Positions 41,934 through 54,540 of a DNA stretch of 64,000 bases are shown here, piece by piece. The notes under the pieces were generated by a model, which saw nothing but the letters and a program-made list of their open reading frames with translations, had not been told where the DNA came from and ran no database searches. Source of the stretch: Octopus vulgaris (taxonomy: Eukaryota); the NCBI GenBank assembly GCA_951406725.2, contig OX597820.1, positions 84,568,001 through 84,632,000 on the forward strand, in the 5' to 3' direction. Made by a program: the position numbers and the translations under genes. Positions within the stretch are counted from its first letter, which is position 1. Each line of letters opens with the position of its first letter.

Positions 41934-42478
41934 GTGTATATATATATATGGCGATACTCACCATGGCCACAGCTCGTGAGCTGAAACTAGATAAAATGAA
42001 TGAAAAATGAAAAATATATGTATATATATAAATATATATATGTGTGTATGTGTGTGTATTACTTCATCTGTGTCCCTCTCCGTGTTTAGACATGTGTGTT
42101 TGTAACAGTATGTATATGTGTGCGTTTGTGTGTGCACGTTTGTATGTACAGATATTTATATTTGACGACTGAATATTTGAAATCTCCTTTAAATTATAAT
42201 TTGCAGTGTCTCGTCTAAGAGGAAATCGAATGTAAGTGTATTAAACTACCCCATAAGATTTAAAAGGTAATTATTATAGTCGTTGTGAATCTTCCCTGAA
42301 ACACAACAGTGAAAAAGTACACGCGTACGAAGGAACGCGCACACACTCAAGCACATATAGTCATTGAAGGGTAGATAATAAGGTATCGATATATACTATA
42401 TATATGTCTATACAAATATGCACATGTAGATATATACACACACACACATACACATGCACACACAAACACACGCACACG

Positions 42479-42560
<82 letters not shown>

Positions 42561-42566
<6 letters not shown>

Positions 42567-44504
42567 TAATCCCTCAATGGTCGAGGATGATGGTCTTCGC
42601 GCAAATTTACTGGTAATTTCGTAGGTGACTGATAAGACCAAAACTTGCTTGAAAAGATCAGTCGCAGTGCGGACATCTAGTGCCGGAAAGGAGAGTCGCA
42701 GTTGTAGTTGGCGCTCCTTCTGTCGTCGTCTTTTCTCCTCCAGCTCTGCAGATCTTTTCGACTCGAAAGTCGCCATTCCCTCATGGATGGTGGTTTTCCG
42801 GAGTGCTCTGTTTTTTGCCGTTTCCTCCCACTTAGTGAAGTTGATGTCACACTTTTTGAGGTTCGTTTTCAGGGAGTCCTCGTAGCGTTTCTTCTGGCCT
42901 CCGTTTGTACGCTTGCCGTCTTTGAGTTGGGAGTAGAAGATCTGTTTGGGAAGTCGTTCGTCAGTCATTCTAACCACGTGGCCGCTCCATCTTAGTTGGC
43001 CTTTGATGACATAGGCTTCGATGCTGGTCATTTTTGCTTCTCATAGCACGCTGACGTTAGTTCTTCTGTCTTCCCAGCTGATGTTAAGGATCTTCCGAAG
43101 ACAGCGTTGGTGAAATTTCTCGAGCGTTTTCAGGTGGTGACTATTCGGGATCCAGGTTTCGGATGCGTAAAGGAGGATTGGAATAATGACTGCCCTGTAC
43201 ACCATGAGTTTGGTTTCGGTTCGGATGTCCCGATCAGCAAAAACTCTTGTTCGAAGCTTGCCGAAAGCTGTTCCTGCACACTTCAGACGGTGTTGGATTT
43301 CATCGCAGAGGTCTACCTTTGCTGACAGATGACTCGCAAGGTCGCAGAAGTGGTTCACATTTTCCAGTGGAATTCCTTCGAGTTGAATCGATGGCAGGTT
43401 GTCAACACGGGCATTGGGAGAAGGTTGGTAGAGTGAGTCTTCTTGATGTTGATGCTCAGTCCAAGTTTAGTATATGCATGATGAAAAGCATTTAGGATCT
43501 GTTAGAGGTGATCCTCTCTGTAAGCTGCTACACTGTTGTCGTCGACATATTGGAACTCTAGTAAGATTCGCGCCATTGTCTTTGACGTACTTTTGAGGCG
43601 AGTGAGGACGGAAAGCTTGCCGACATTCTGTACGAGATCTCGATGCCAGGTGGAAGGTCATCTCGTATGATGTGCAACACTGTCGCGATAAAGATGGTAA
43701 AGAGAGTTGGCGCTATCACACGCAGCCTTGCTTCACTCCGGAGGTTTCTTTAAATGGCTCAGAACTGCCTCCGTCGGTCTGGACTCTGGCGTGCATATTG
43801 CCGTGGAGGAGTTTGAGGATCCGGATGAACTTATCTGGGCATCCATACTGGGCGAGAATATCCCAGAAGAGCTCTCGCGAGACACGATCAAAGGCTTTGG
43901 ATAGGTCGATAACGGCCAAATAGAGCGGTTGGTGTTGCTCACGACATTTTTCTTGTAGCTGTCGCAGCGTGAAGATCATGTCGGATGTGCTTCCTGATGG
44001 CCTAAAGCCGGTCTGCGTCTCAGGAAGGATCCTCTCTGACAGCGTTTTGAGGCGGTTGTTCAGGATGCGTGCAAGAATCTTCCCAGCAGTTGCTAATAAG
44101 GAAATACCCCGGTAATTTCCACACCACTCAGATCGATCGCCCTTTCGTTTGTAAATGGTAATAATGCTAGCATCCCTGAAGTCGGATGGTACAACTTCAT
44201 TTGTCCAGATTTTGACCAAGAGTTGGTGGAGCTGGTGTTGGACAAAATCACCTCCCAGTTTGTAGATCTCAGCTGGGATTCCGTCAGGACCCACGGCTTT
44301 GTTGTTCTTCATCGCTGTGATAGCAATTTTGATCTCTTCGAGGGATGGAATTCGAGCGAGAGAGTGATCTTTGGCCTCTTTAGGAATCATGCCAAGTATG
44401 CTTTTGTCGATGGTAGCCTTGTGATTGAGGACTGAACAGTAAAGACAGATCGACCATCCTGAAAAGCAACACCGAAATAGGAGACAGATGGAGAGAACAC
44501 TTTG

Positions 44505-44508
<4 letters not shown>
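42561..44508 (-). mobile_element. RTE-clade LINE, 5'-truncated with a 5' inversion, embedded in (TA)n
   Basis: KAVGPDGIPAEIYK, NYRGISLL, QTGFRP, DLSKAFDRVSR, GVKQGCV, QYVDD, LLYASETW, QLRWSGHVVRM..ERLPKQIFY. 3' hairpin cctcg-accat-tgagg. (TA)n on both sides. Confidence 0.93.
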
Positions 44509-44571
<63 letters not shown>

Positions 44572-45057
44572 TCGCTGCTTTCTTCCAAGGAATCTAATGC
44601 ACTTAGTTTTTACTTGGGCTGTCCAGATTGGAGTAATCTCGAGTATAACCAGCCGAAATTGCAAAGATAATCTAGAAGTCAACTGTTTAGAAAACTCCGA
44701 TTGACCCGACCTTGTTTTCTTTGTATGGTCTGCCTGGATGTTTTGCGTTCTTGCCCCACTTTTTGTATACATACATATACATACATACATACATTCATAT
44801 ATATATAGACATACGCAAGTGCAGGATGCAGGGGAGAGTGTAAAACTACTTCTTTAAATCCTAGAAAAAACGTATTGCCTCTGTGTGTGTGTGTGTGTGT
44901 GTGCGTGTGCATGTGTGTATGTGTGTGTGTATAAATTGAATTAGAGTTTATGTTAACCACATAAAGAGATGATCATCCGAGGAAATATTGGTTCAATACC
45001 TAGTATTTTGGGGAATTAATTTCCTTAAAATAATAGGTACACATATAAAAGCATATA

Positions 45058-45475
45058 GTTTATATTCATATAAAAGAAGAAACAGAAAATGTAGTTTGAG
45101 AAGATAACAATTGTTTATTATTAACAGCAAATAAATCACCATCATCCCTTACAGGTCTTTTCAGTTAATACTCAGTAAATATTAAATAAATATTAAATTT
45201 ATATTACCTGATCATAATGTCTTCAGGGGAGGAAATACATATCTTTTGATGTTTCATATGTGTTTATGGTTTCAAACACATATAAAACATCCAAGGGTAT
45301 ATCTTTTTCCCTCTGACGTTATTATCCTCAGATCATATAAATTTAATGTTTACTTAATATTTACTGAAATTTAATTCAAATAGCTATAAGGGATGCTGAT
45401 TAATTTGATGTTAATAACAAACAATTATTAACTTCCAAATCTCTTTTTTTTTAATCTTCTTATATATGTATAAAA
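45058..45475. repeat. ~420 bp imperfect palindrome (foldback/MITE-like)
   Basis: Centre gatgtttcatatgtgttt-atggtttc-aaacacatataaaacatc. Outer pairs: cagtaaatattaa/ttaatatttactg, catccctta/taagggatg, aattgttt.ttattaaca/tgttaataacaaacaatt. Confidence 0.85.
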
Positions 45476-46231
45476 TATTCGTAGCTACTTTAACATGGCT
45501 GCAGTTTCAGCGGGTTCACACACAAACACACATACACACGCATATGTATGTATGTATAACCTCTTAATAATTAACGAATATCAAATAGGTTGGATGCGGG
45601 AAGAAGTTATACATGTTTAGACTCCGGTAAATGTGCCGAAAAAATCATTTCTTGCAAGAAACATTTGCTAAAAGTCATTGAAATTCTATTATTGGCTGAC
45701 GAAATTCCGTCCGTAATCCTGCGGATGGCACCGCTGAAGTTATTTCAACGCATCACTGATCATCTGAGTCAGGTAGTCATGCCGAATGCTTGCTATAAAA
45801 CAATATTGTTCAAACATATTTTCTTAAACATTTTTTGCGTGTCTTGTTTGGTCCCCAATATTTAGCGACCTATTAGTAAGTAACATACAAATAAGTAATA
45901 TGAATGTAACTATTATTCATCTGCTGATCGTAGATACTTGTTCTTGTAATAAATAACGTTTAATAGTATCTCTTATTTTCGGTAGCCATACTGGTCAGTA
46001 TGTGAATGTGTTCATTGTTTCTGGTTTTCGTGTTGGTTATTTTGCTCTTCATACTGTTATTTATCTCAATTTTTGTATTTGTGAATAACCCAGCGAAAAT
46101 AATGCGAGATATTCTACATAGCTTGTAGAATATTGTTTCACTGTAAATAATTTCACTGTAAATATGACTACTATTTGTAATAATTCGGGCTAGCGCATCC
46201 ACACTGTTTTATGTTAAATTCTTCATTATGA

Positions 46232-46420
46232 GGCGCAGGAGTGGCTGTGTGGTAAGTAGTTTCCTTACCAACCACATGGTTCCGAGTTCAATCTCCCTGC
46301 GAGGAACCTTCGGTAAATGTCTTCTGCTATAGCTTCTGGCCCACCAAAGCCTTGTGAGTCGAAACTGAATGAAGGCCGTCGTATATCTATCTATCTATCT
46401 ATCTAACATCTTTCTCTTTC

Positions 46421-46490
<70 letters not shown>

Positions 46491-46760
46491 AATATATATA
46501 CACATATATATACATATATATATATGTATATATGTATATATACATATATATATATATGTATATGTGTGTGTGTGTGTTTGTGTGTCTTTATTTGTCCCCT
46601 CAACATCGCTTGTCAACCGATGTTGGTGTGTTTACCTCGCCGCAATCTAGTGTTTCGGCAAGAGATCAATAGAATAAGTCCAGCGTTTGTTCGACTAAAG
46701 GCGCTGCCCGAGCGTGGCCGCATCCAAATGATTGAAACAAGTAAAAGAATAAAAGAATAA
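46232..46760 (+). mobile_element. tRNA-derived SINE family B with an expanded internal microsatellite
   Basis: ggcgcaggagtggctgtgtggtaagtag...gagttcaatc, tail tgattgaaacaagtaaaagaataaaaga. Confidence 0.88.
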
Positions 46761-47306
46761 ATGAATCAGTTAATCCATCCACAGTAACAGCAAATTATAA
46801 AATTTATTTGCAGCACCGAATAATTCATGCATTACCCACTGATATCGATAAGTTTACAAGCTAAACAGAAAACGGCTAATTTTCTAACAAAATCTATTCA
46901 GTATTCTCTCGATTACTAATAATGAATGTATATCAACAAGTTTTAAATACATACAACATATATAATACGATTTCACATACACAATCGGAAATTCTGCAGG
47001 TGTGTAAATATATCACAAGAAGACATAAATTATTGATGAACAAACGTGTAAGAATACAAAAAATAGAAAATAAGAGGCGACTGCGTTGACAGATAATTGT
47101 TCATTATTAAAAATTTGTAATGTTTCTTTCAGGTGGTTTTTCCTTGAATTCTAATTATTATTCTAATTATTTCCAATCGTTTTTCAGTATAATTTTTGTT
47201 CTTTCTATATCACAATAGGTAAAAAAACAGACTTGAGATGACAAGCTTCACGATAAATTATAAAGCAAACTTCAGGTGCATGGCAAAAGGAATGATTTCC
47301 AATATT

Positions 47307-47513
47307 GGTTTCAAATTCTGAAACCAGCAGGATAGTGAGGAGGAACCAAATCGATTAAATCGATTCCAGTGTTCAAGTAGCACTGTAATCGGTTCCGAAA
47401 GGATGAAAGACAAAGTTGACCTCCTCGGAATTTGAAAACAGACGATAGAGACGGACGAAATGCCGCTGAGCGTTTTGTCCGGCATGCTATCCATTCCGAC
47501 TGCTCGCCACCTT
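47307..47513 (-). mobile_element. SINE family A, full length, with an 18 bp target-site duplication
   Basis: Flanked by ggaatgatttccaatatt (47289-47306) and ggaatgattttcaatatt (47514-47531), one mismatch. Confidence 0.85.
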
Positions 47514-48217
47514 GGAATGATTTTCAATATTGAAAACAAAGATAACGAGGCAAATCATTAGCTTCACTCGGGGAATGCATGCAGGACTAAGTGATTGAAC
47601 CATGCCAATCTACAAGCTTCATGCTTGATGTCTATTTTTCGTGTCTGGATGGACAGTGAATTATTCCATAACATGTCGTTGAATGTTACCTAGTGCTTTC
47701 GTGGTAAATTTCAATAAAAGGTTAGAGTTAACACGCATTGTTGAAAATTCAAACGGAAAAATGGGGTGATAAGTATAAGCTCTAAGTGATGTATCGATCT
47801 TATGTCTGCTGTTATGGAATGCATTTTTATTTTCTCCAAACATTGAGAGGCACATGGATAGGTTTCCTTGAATGTTTCTTGATAGCAGGTGAAGAGGCCA
47901 AATTTGTAGTACCAGCCAACATCGATGTATGATAATTATATCTGGTTAAGTACACAGTTCTCTGAACTTCCATTATATGGCGGAAACTATTTAGCAAGAC
48001 GGAGGATGACTCATCCGGAGGAAAATATAAGACTCACCCCTCAAACAAACACACGCCAGGAATAAACTTACATTCAGTATAAGGATATGATGATCTTGTA
48101 TCGCTACCTACCTATCATACCATAGCTTGATGCGATGTGAGGGACATTGCCCAAGTTTTGCTTGTGTCCGTCACTCCCTATAACCAACTCATACGAATAT
48201 GTATATATACACACGCA

Positions 48218-48264
<47 letters not shown>

Positions 48265-48266
<2 letters not shown>

Positions 48267-48845
48267 TAATAGTTATCACCATATATATATATATATGGCA
48301 GTCTATGAATATTAGACTAAAGCTGTCGCTGATTAGCTCCAAGAGGCCATCGCCTCTAGCTAGCTATATGACACACGAACCAGCGTCCATTACAACCTTC
48401 GAACAGGGGAGGTCAGCCGCTTCACCTTGCTAGTCAGACATCTGCAGACATGTTTCAGGGTTGTTGCCCTTTATCAATGCAGCGTAGTCAGACCCGCAGG
48501 TGTCGCCACTGACCGTCTGTTCGAAGATTTTATTTACCTAGTTACAGTGGAATGCATCCACTTGTTTTCAATAATAGAAATATTAAAATTACTAAGTCTC
48601 TCTAAAGGAGATTACGGCAGCGTCTGACTAGCAAGGTGAAGCGGCTGACCTCCCCTGTTCGAAGGTTATAATGGACGCAGGTTCGTGTGTCATATAGCTA
48701 GCTAGAGGCGATGGCCTCTTGAAGCCAATCAGCGACAGGTTTAGTCTAATATTTATAGACTGCCATATTAGTATGGCGATAACTATTAATATCCAGTAAC
48801 GCTGCCGTAATCTCCTTTAGTGAGACTTAGTAATTTTAATAGTTC

Positions 48846-48851
<6 letters not shown>
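48265..48851. mobile_element. Hammerhead-containing non-coding element with interleaved inverted repeats (retrozyme/PLE-like) in (TA)n
   Basis: 48294-48439 is the reverse complement of 48622-48768; 48571-48623 of 48799-48851; 48266-48283 of 48772-48789. Confidence 0.85.
48442..48482 (-). ncRNA. Minimal type I hammerhead ribozyme (degenerate core)
   Basis: The minus strand reads ctgca-TTGATAA-aggg caacaa ccct-GAAA-catg-TC-tgcag: perfect stems I and II, palindromic ACATGT stem III, GUC site. The core has two transitions from CUGAUGA. Confidence 0.75.
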
Positions 48852-48899
<48 letters not shown>

Positions 48900-49388
48900 G
48901 CACACATGCATATATATATATTTATATATATATTTATATATATATATATGTAAACATATACATACCAGTTTAATATATAAGGTATATGGTATATTCTTTA
49001 TTTATGCTTTCTCTACCGTATATATCATTGGTTTCATGCATATTTTTTTTATATTCTTCTCCTCCTTTTTGTTATACCAATTTCTATTTGTTTTTCATGT
49101 ATCAATATATATATACACCAATTTTTGCTATTTATAAACAATTCAGCACATTCTTCAGATTAATTGCACAGCTTTCTCTTCACAAAGAGACGTTTATATA
49201 TAATTTGCTGCAACGCAATTTAATTGTAACCGCATTTTGCATATTAGTAATGATATACCGACTTACTATTAAACATGATAGACTAAATATTAAACACTCT
49301 AGCGTTCACTTACACGGAATTTCCTTCACATTCCTAGTTGACTGAAAGTTTTGCGCCTAATTGAATTGTATAATTTAATGCAAATATA

Positions 49389-49497
<109 letters not shown>

Positions 49498-49777
49498 TAA
49501 TAATCTCGTTACAACTTTTTAACATATATCTTTCTACTCACGTTACAAAATCCAACATTTTCCGTTTTTGCTCACTGATATAACGAGGAAAACAAAATCA
49601 CAAACTAAAGCGTTGTATAAAGCACTGTCTAGTTTTCATAAAACGTTTCAGAAATTATTTTCCTGTTACAGTTAGGAAGCTAGACTCTAATATATAGAAA
49701 CATCATTCCTCACCATGTTACTAAGCAACCAAAAATCACCCAAATCCTTTTATATTTTCGATGTAATCTATCTACCT

Positions 49778-49830
<53 letters not shown>

Positions 49831-49833
<3 letters not shown>

Positions 49834-52800
49834 TGTTATTTATGCTCTAATGAGTTTAAAGAAATTTTATTTTATAAGTATGATAATTTACGTAATACAG
49901 GTGAAGAGCGCAAAATAAAATGCAGACATATGTTACTTTACCTATATAATAAGTTTCATGTTAAATAACATTAATAGCTTCCTTTAAAGGTTACTTTAGT
50001 TTAATATTAATTTTAGTTTAGAGTACCATATATATTTTTAGTTATATAGTTTAGGCTTTAATTATAGTTAGTCTTTAATTGGTATTTTCTTTGTTTTAAT
50101 TAATTCATTTTAATGTATATTAATATATAACAGTTTATGGTAAGTTAAAACTTTATTTAGTTATATTAGATTTATATTATTTTATTTACTTATTTATTTA
50201 TTTATGTATTTTATTATGTATATGTTATATGTATATATGGGGATATATTATTATGGATGATTGGGCGTATTTAGAGGTGTATATATTGTGTTTTGTATGT
50301 ATGTGTGAATGTTTACAATCCCCTTGTATTTTATTTGGTATGTTGAATATAGCAGTTTTATATGGGTATTGTTTGTTGCAATATACGTTTATATAGATAT
50401 TTAGGAGATTGTCCGTGAATAGGTAGGTATGGGTGTGTATGCACGTGTGCGTGTGTACAAGTGCAAGTGTAGATGCGTGAGTGTATGAGTGTTATGTAAT
50501 TGAGTGGGATTGTTTATGCACTTGTATATATGCATGTTTTGAATGTGAGTGTGATTGCACCCGTCTGCGTGTACACACTCATATATACATATACTAATAT
50601 TTATTTACTTTTTTGAAAGAGTGTATTTTATAAATAAGTGTATGGGATGATATGTGTGAATGTATATATTTATATATATTTTGTATATATATATATTTAT
50701 GTTTGTATATGTATTTATTTAATCATTTATTGAGAGTCGGATTGAATATATTGGTGTATATATCGAGTTTTGTACGTATGTATATGTATGTGTGAGTGTG
50801 TATATGGTTATGTTTGTGGGTGTGTGTAATTATGTGTGTGTATTTGTGTGTATTGTGGATATGGTAAGGGGGTTTTATCTTTATATTTGTATCTATGGAT
50901 TTCATTTATCATGATTTTTTATTAAGAATTTTTTAGTATTTTAGTCCCCATGCATTATAGCTTGGTATGTTGTTCTTGGTAGTTTTTTTATTGGGTATTG
51001 TTTTGCAGCCATTTATACGTATATTTAGATGTCTAGGAGAGTGTCCGTGAATATGCATATTATGGGTGTGTGTGCATGTGTGCGCGTGTATAAGTGCATG
51101 TGTAGATGTGGGAGTGCATGATTGCTATGTAAAAGTGTGTGCTTGTGTATGCACTTGTATACATGCATGATTGATGTGCGTGAGATTGCATCCATTTTTT
51201 TAGGGATATTTATATTTTATTATTTGTATGGGTGTGGGAGTGAATATTTTGATGTATATATCGAGGTTTGTACGTATGTATATGTATGTGTGAGTGGAGT
51301 GGATATATGTATATGTAGTGGGTGTGTGTTTTACGTGTGTGTATTTGTGTGTGAATGTATAGATAGGGGGATTGCTATATAGGTATGTTATAGTGTTTAG
51401 TAAAGGGAGATTTTATCGTTATATGTATATATGAGTTTTCGTTTATCATGGTAGTTTTATTAAAGAAGTTGTAGTAATTTCTGTCTGTTTAAGTGTTTAA
51501 CATATTATTCCATTTATTCCATTCATAATTTTAAATAACGTTCATTCTCCACGCGCAAAGAATTTTATAATTCCATTCTGTTCCATTCATAATTTTAAAT
51601 GACGTTCGTTCACCGAGCTAAGAATTTTTATAAATATGTTCGGTTTCTATGGTAACGTAATTTTGTTTAAAGTTATAACGGCTAGAGTTTGAATTCACTT
51701 CATAAATTAAAACAGATTAGGAGGTATGTATTTTTTTCTCCTTATGTTAATCTTGTTACTTATGATAATCTGGTTACTTATGGAGTATTTTATATATCGT
51801 ATTATGTGTAGATATGTTGTTTTTCTTTTGAGTGTTTATGTATGTGTGAATGTGTGTGTGTGTGCGTATTTGGTTGTGTAATTTTTTTATCTATATGGGT
51901 GTGGTGTGAATATATTGTTGTATATATCGAGTTTAGTACGTATGTATATGTACATGTGAGTGGGTATATGTATATGTTATGGGTGTGTGTTTTACGTATG
52001 TGTATTTTTGTGTGTGAATGTATTATGGGGATTGATATATATGTATTATTGTGTATGGTAAAGGGTGGTTTATCATTATATGTATATATGGGTTTCATTA
52101 TCATGATTGGTTTATTAATGATTTTGGAGTAAATTCTATATTTTACGTTGATTAAATATTATTCCATTCTTTCCATTCATAATTTTAAAAAAAAACGTTC
52201 GATCACCACGCGCAAAGAATTGTTTATTTTTCTTTTTCTTTTGAGTGTTTATGTATGTGTGAATGTGTGTGTGTGTGTGTGATTGTTTGCGTAATTTATT
52301 TATCTGTATGGGCGTGGGTGTGAATATATTGGTGTATATATCGAGTTCTGTATGTATGTATATGTATGTGTGAGCGGGTATATGTATATTGTTTATGACT
52401 GTGGGTTGTATGTGTGTGTGAGGGAGTAGGAATAAGTAATGTGTTGAAGTATTTGGCTATTTTATTAATTTATTCATTTATCGTTGCCTAGACGTTTTTA
52501 TGTGTATGTATAGATATATATATATATATATTGGTGTGTGAGTTAGTGTATGTATTTAGATATGGTTATATATATTTAGTTATATGTGTATGAGCATGTG
52601 TGTATATATAGTTTATTTTATTTTGTTTTTGTTTTTGTTTTCTGTTTTTTGTTTTTTGTTCTTTTGTTTCTATTTTTTTGTTTTTTTTGTTTTTTGTTTG
52701 TTGTCTTTTGTACATCTTTAAATATGAGAACTTTAATAATAGGTTTCTTTATATTCAATTGTTTCTAGGGTTTATTTTAGATTATATATTGATTATATAT

Positions 52801-53130
52801 AGGTGATATATAGATTATATACAGATTATATATATTTATATTTTTATTGATAATTTTATTATTTTAAACTTATATTTTAATATATTGATATTTTAGATCG
52901 AAAATCCACCTCACGAATGTCATTGAAGACATGAAACGATTGTAGTGGCGGTTTATTTCTTTATATTAAAAGTTTTTATGTATTGATTAAGTCTTTCCTT
53001 ATTTGTTTTGCAAAATAGTGGTTTTGTCTCGAATTAATATTATATATTATTTTACTATAAAATTGGATTTAATCCTAAATCTGATTTTTTCCCTGTAAAT
53101 TTGGATTTATTCCCTAATATTTATTATTAT
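49831..53130 (+). mobile_element. 5'-truncated Penelope-like element: ORF C-terminus plus long repetitive 3' region with a hammerhead
   Basis: 49834-49968 translates CYLCSNEFKEILFYKYDNLRNTGEERKIKCRHMLLYLYNKFHVK*, fitting the PLE C.LC..E..I...N...E....CRH terminus. A TG-rich duplicated region follows, with the hammerhead at 52906. That all of this is one element is inferred. Confidence 0.6.
52906..52948 (+). ncRNA. Minimal type I hammerhead ribozyme (one core substitution)
   Basis: ccac-CTCACGA-atgtc attgaa gacat-GAAA-c gatt g-TA-gtgg: stem I ccac/gtgg, 5 bp stem II, GUA site. Confidence 0.72.
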
Positions 53131-53489
53131 ATATTTATATATATATGGAGTTTAACGTATTTATATATATATATGGAGTTTAAAATTGTGTAAAAAATGT
53201 AATATTCTCTTCAGGGAAGTGAAGAAATGAAACATGTCAATAAGACATTTTAACAGAAAATGATGGATATGTATAGTGATTAAATTGAACCTTATTAATT
53301 TTGTTTTAAAAAAGTTATAGGATATAACGTCAGAGGTTGCCTACTGAAAGAGGGGATATAGAGTAAAGAAAAAATAAATGAGAGGTACATGGCTATATGT
53401 ATATTAAATAAAATCTTATAGACTAGGAAAAAATATATATCTAGTGAATGTGAAATGTAAAAAGAAATCTAATGTGTAAAAAGTAAATT

Positions 53490-54092
53490 AATGTGGTCTA
53501 CTTGTGGTCTCTTAGATCCCAAATTAATTTATTAAGCCCTGTACTGTTACTTTTATTCCTATCCCTAAATGTCAAGTAGTGATTAGAAATTATTCTAGAT
53601 AACTGTGAAGACGTGCTTCCTATATAAAAACATACTTGATTACGAGTATTAATTTTACACTGGTATATAGAATTTTTAAACTTGATTCTGTTGTAATTGA
53701 CTTCAGATAATATAACCTTGCTATTAATATTTCTAGAGGGATTGATGGCATTAGCTAAATTAATGTTAGTATTAGTAAATTCATTAATATTTAACAGGTT
53801 GTTATTATGTGAAGAGATAATTTGTAAGAGATTTTTTTATGTTGGAAAAACCAATCCTAACCGTATGTGAGTTGATAATAGAGTAATATCTAGGAATTAT
53901 TTGGAAGATTCCTAATAGTTTCACGAAACTACATTGGGATATTAGATTTAACTTCCTCCGGTATGTAATAATTAACCAAATGGTTTTACCATTAGTTATG
54001 TTACTTTTGGTGTAATTATTTATGAAAAACTTAAGTTTACCTTTAGAATTTCGAATTTCGAATTATTAGGAATTTTCCAAAGAATTATTCAA
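53490..54092 (-). mobile_element. Penelope-like element fragment with GIY-YIG endonuclease
   Basis: Minus strand: YYSIINSHTVRIGFS...QIISSHNN, then NSIYQCKINTRNQVCFYIGSTSSQLSRIISNHYLTFRDRNKSNSTGLNKLIWDL. Confidence 0.8.
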
Positions 54093-54094
54093 TA

Positions 54095-54264
54095 GGCGCA
54101 GGAGTGGCTGTGTGGTAAGTAGCTTGTTTACCAACCACATGGATCCGGGTTCAGTCCCACGGTGTGGCACCTTGGGCAAGTGTCTTCTACTATAGCCTCG
54201 GGCCAACCAAAGCCTTGTGAGTGGATTTGGTAGACGGAAACTGAAAGAGCCCGTCGTATATATG

Positions 54265-54322
<58 letters not shown>

Positions 54323-54540
54323 TGTGTGTGTTTGTACGTCTGGGTTTATCCCCCTAGCATTGCTTGACAACCGATGCTGGTGTGTTTATGTCCTCGTTAC
54401 TTAGCGGTTCGGCAAAAGAGACCGATAGAATAAGTACTGGGCTTACAAAATAATAAGTCCTCGGGTCGAGTTGCTCGATTAAAGGCGGTGCTCCAGCATG
54501 GCCGCCGTCAAATGACTGAAACAAGTAAAAGAGTAAAAGA
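54095..54540 (+). mobile_element. tRNA-derived SINE family B, well conserved copy
   Basis: A box tggctgtgtgg, B box ggttcagtccc, internal (TA)n, 3' catggccgccgtcaaatgactgaaacaagtaaaagagtaaaaga. Confidence 0.92.

Noticed and set aside
54095-54170. tRNA-like A and B boxes in the SINE heads
   Set aside because: No complete cloverleaf, and they continue into SINE bodies, so they are not tRNA genes.
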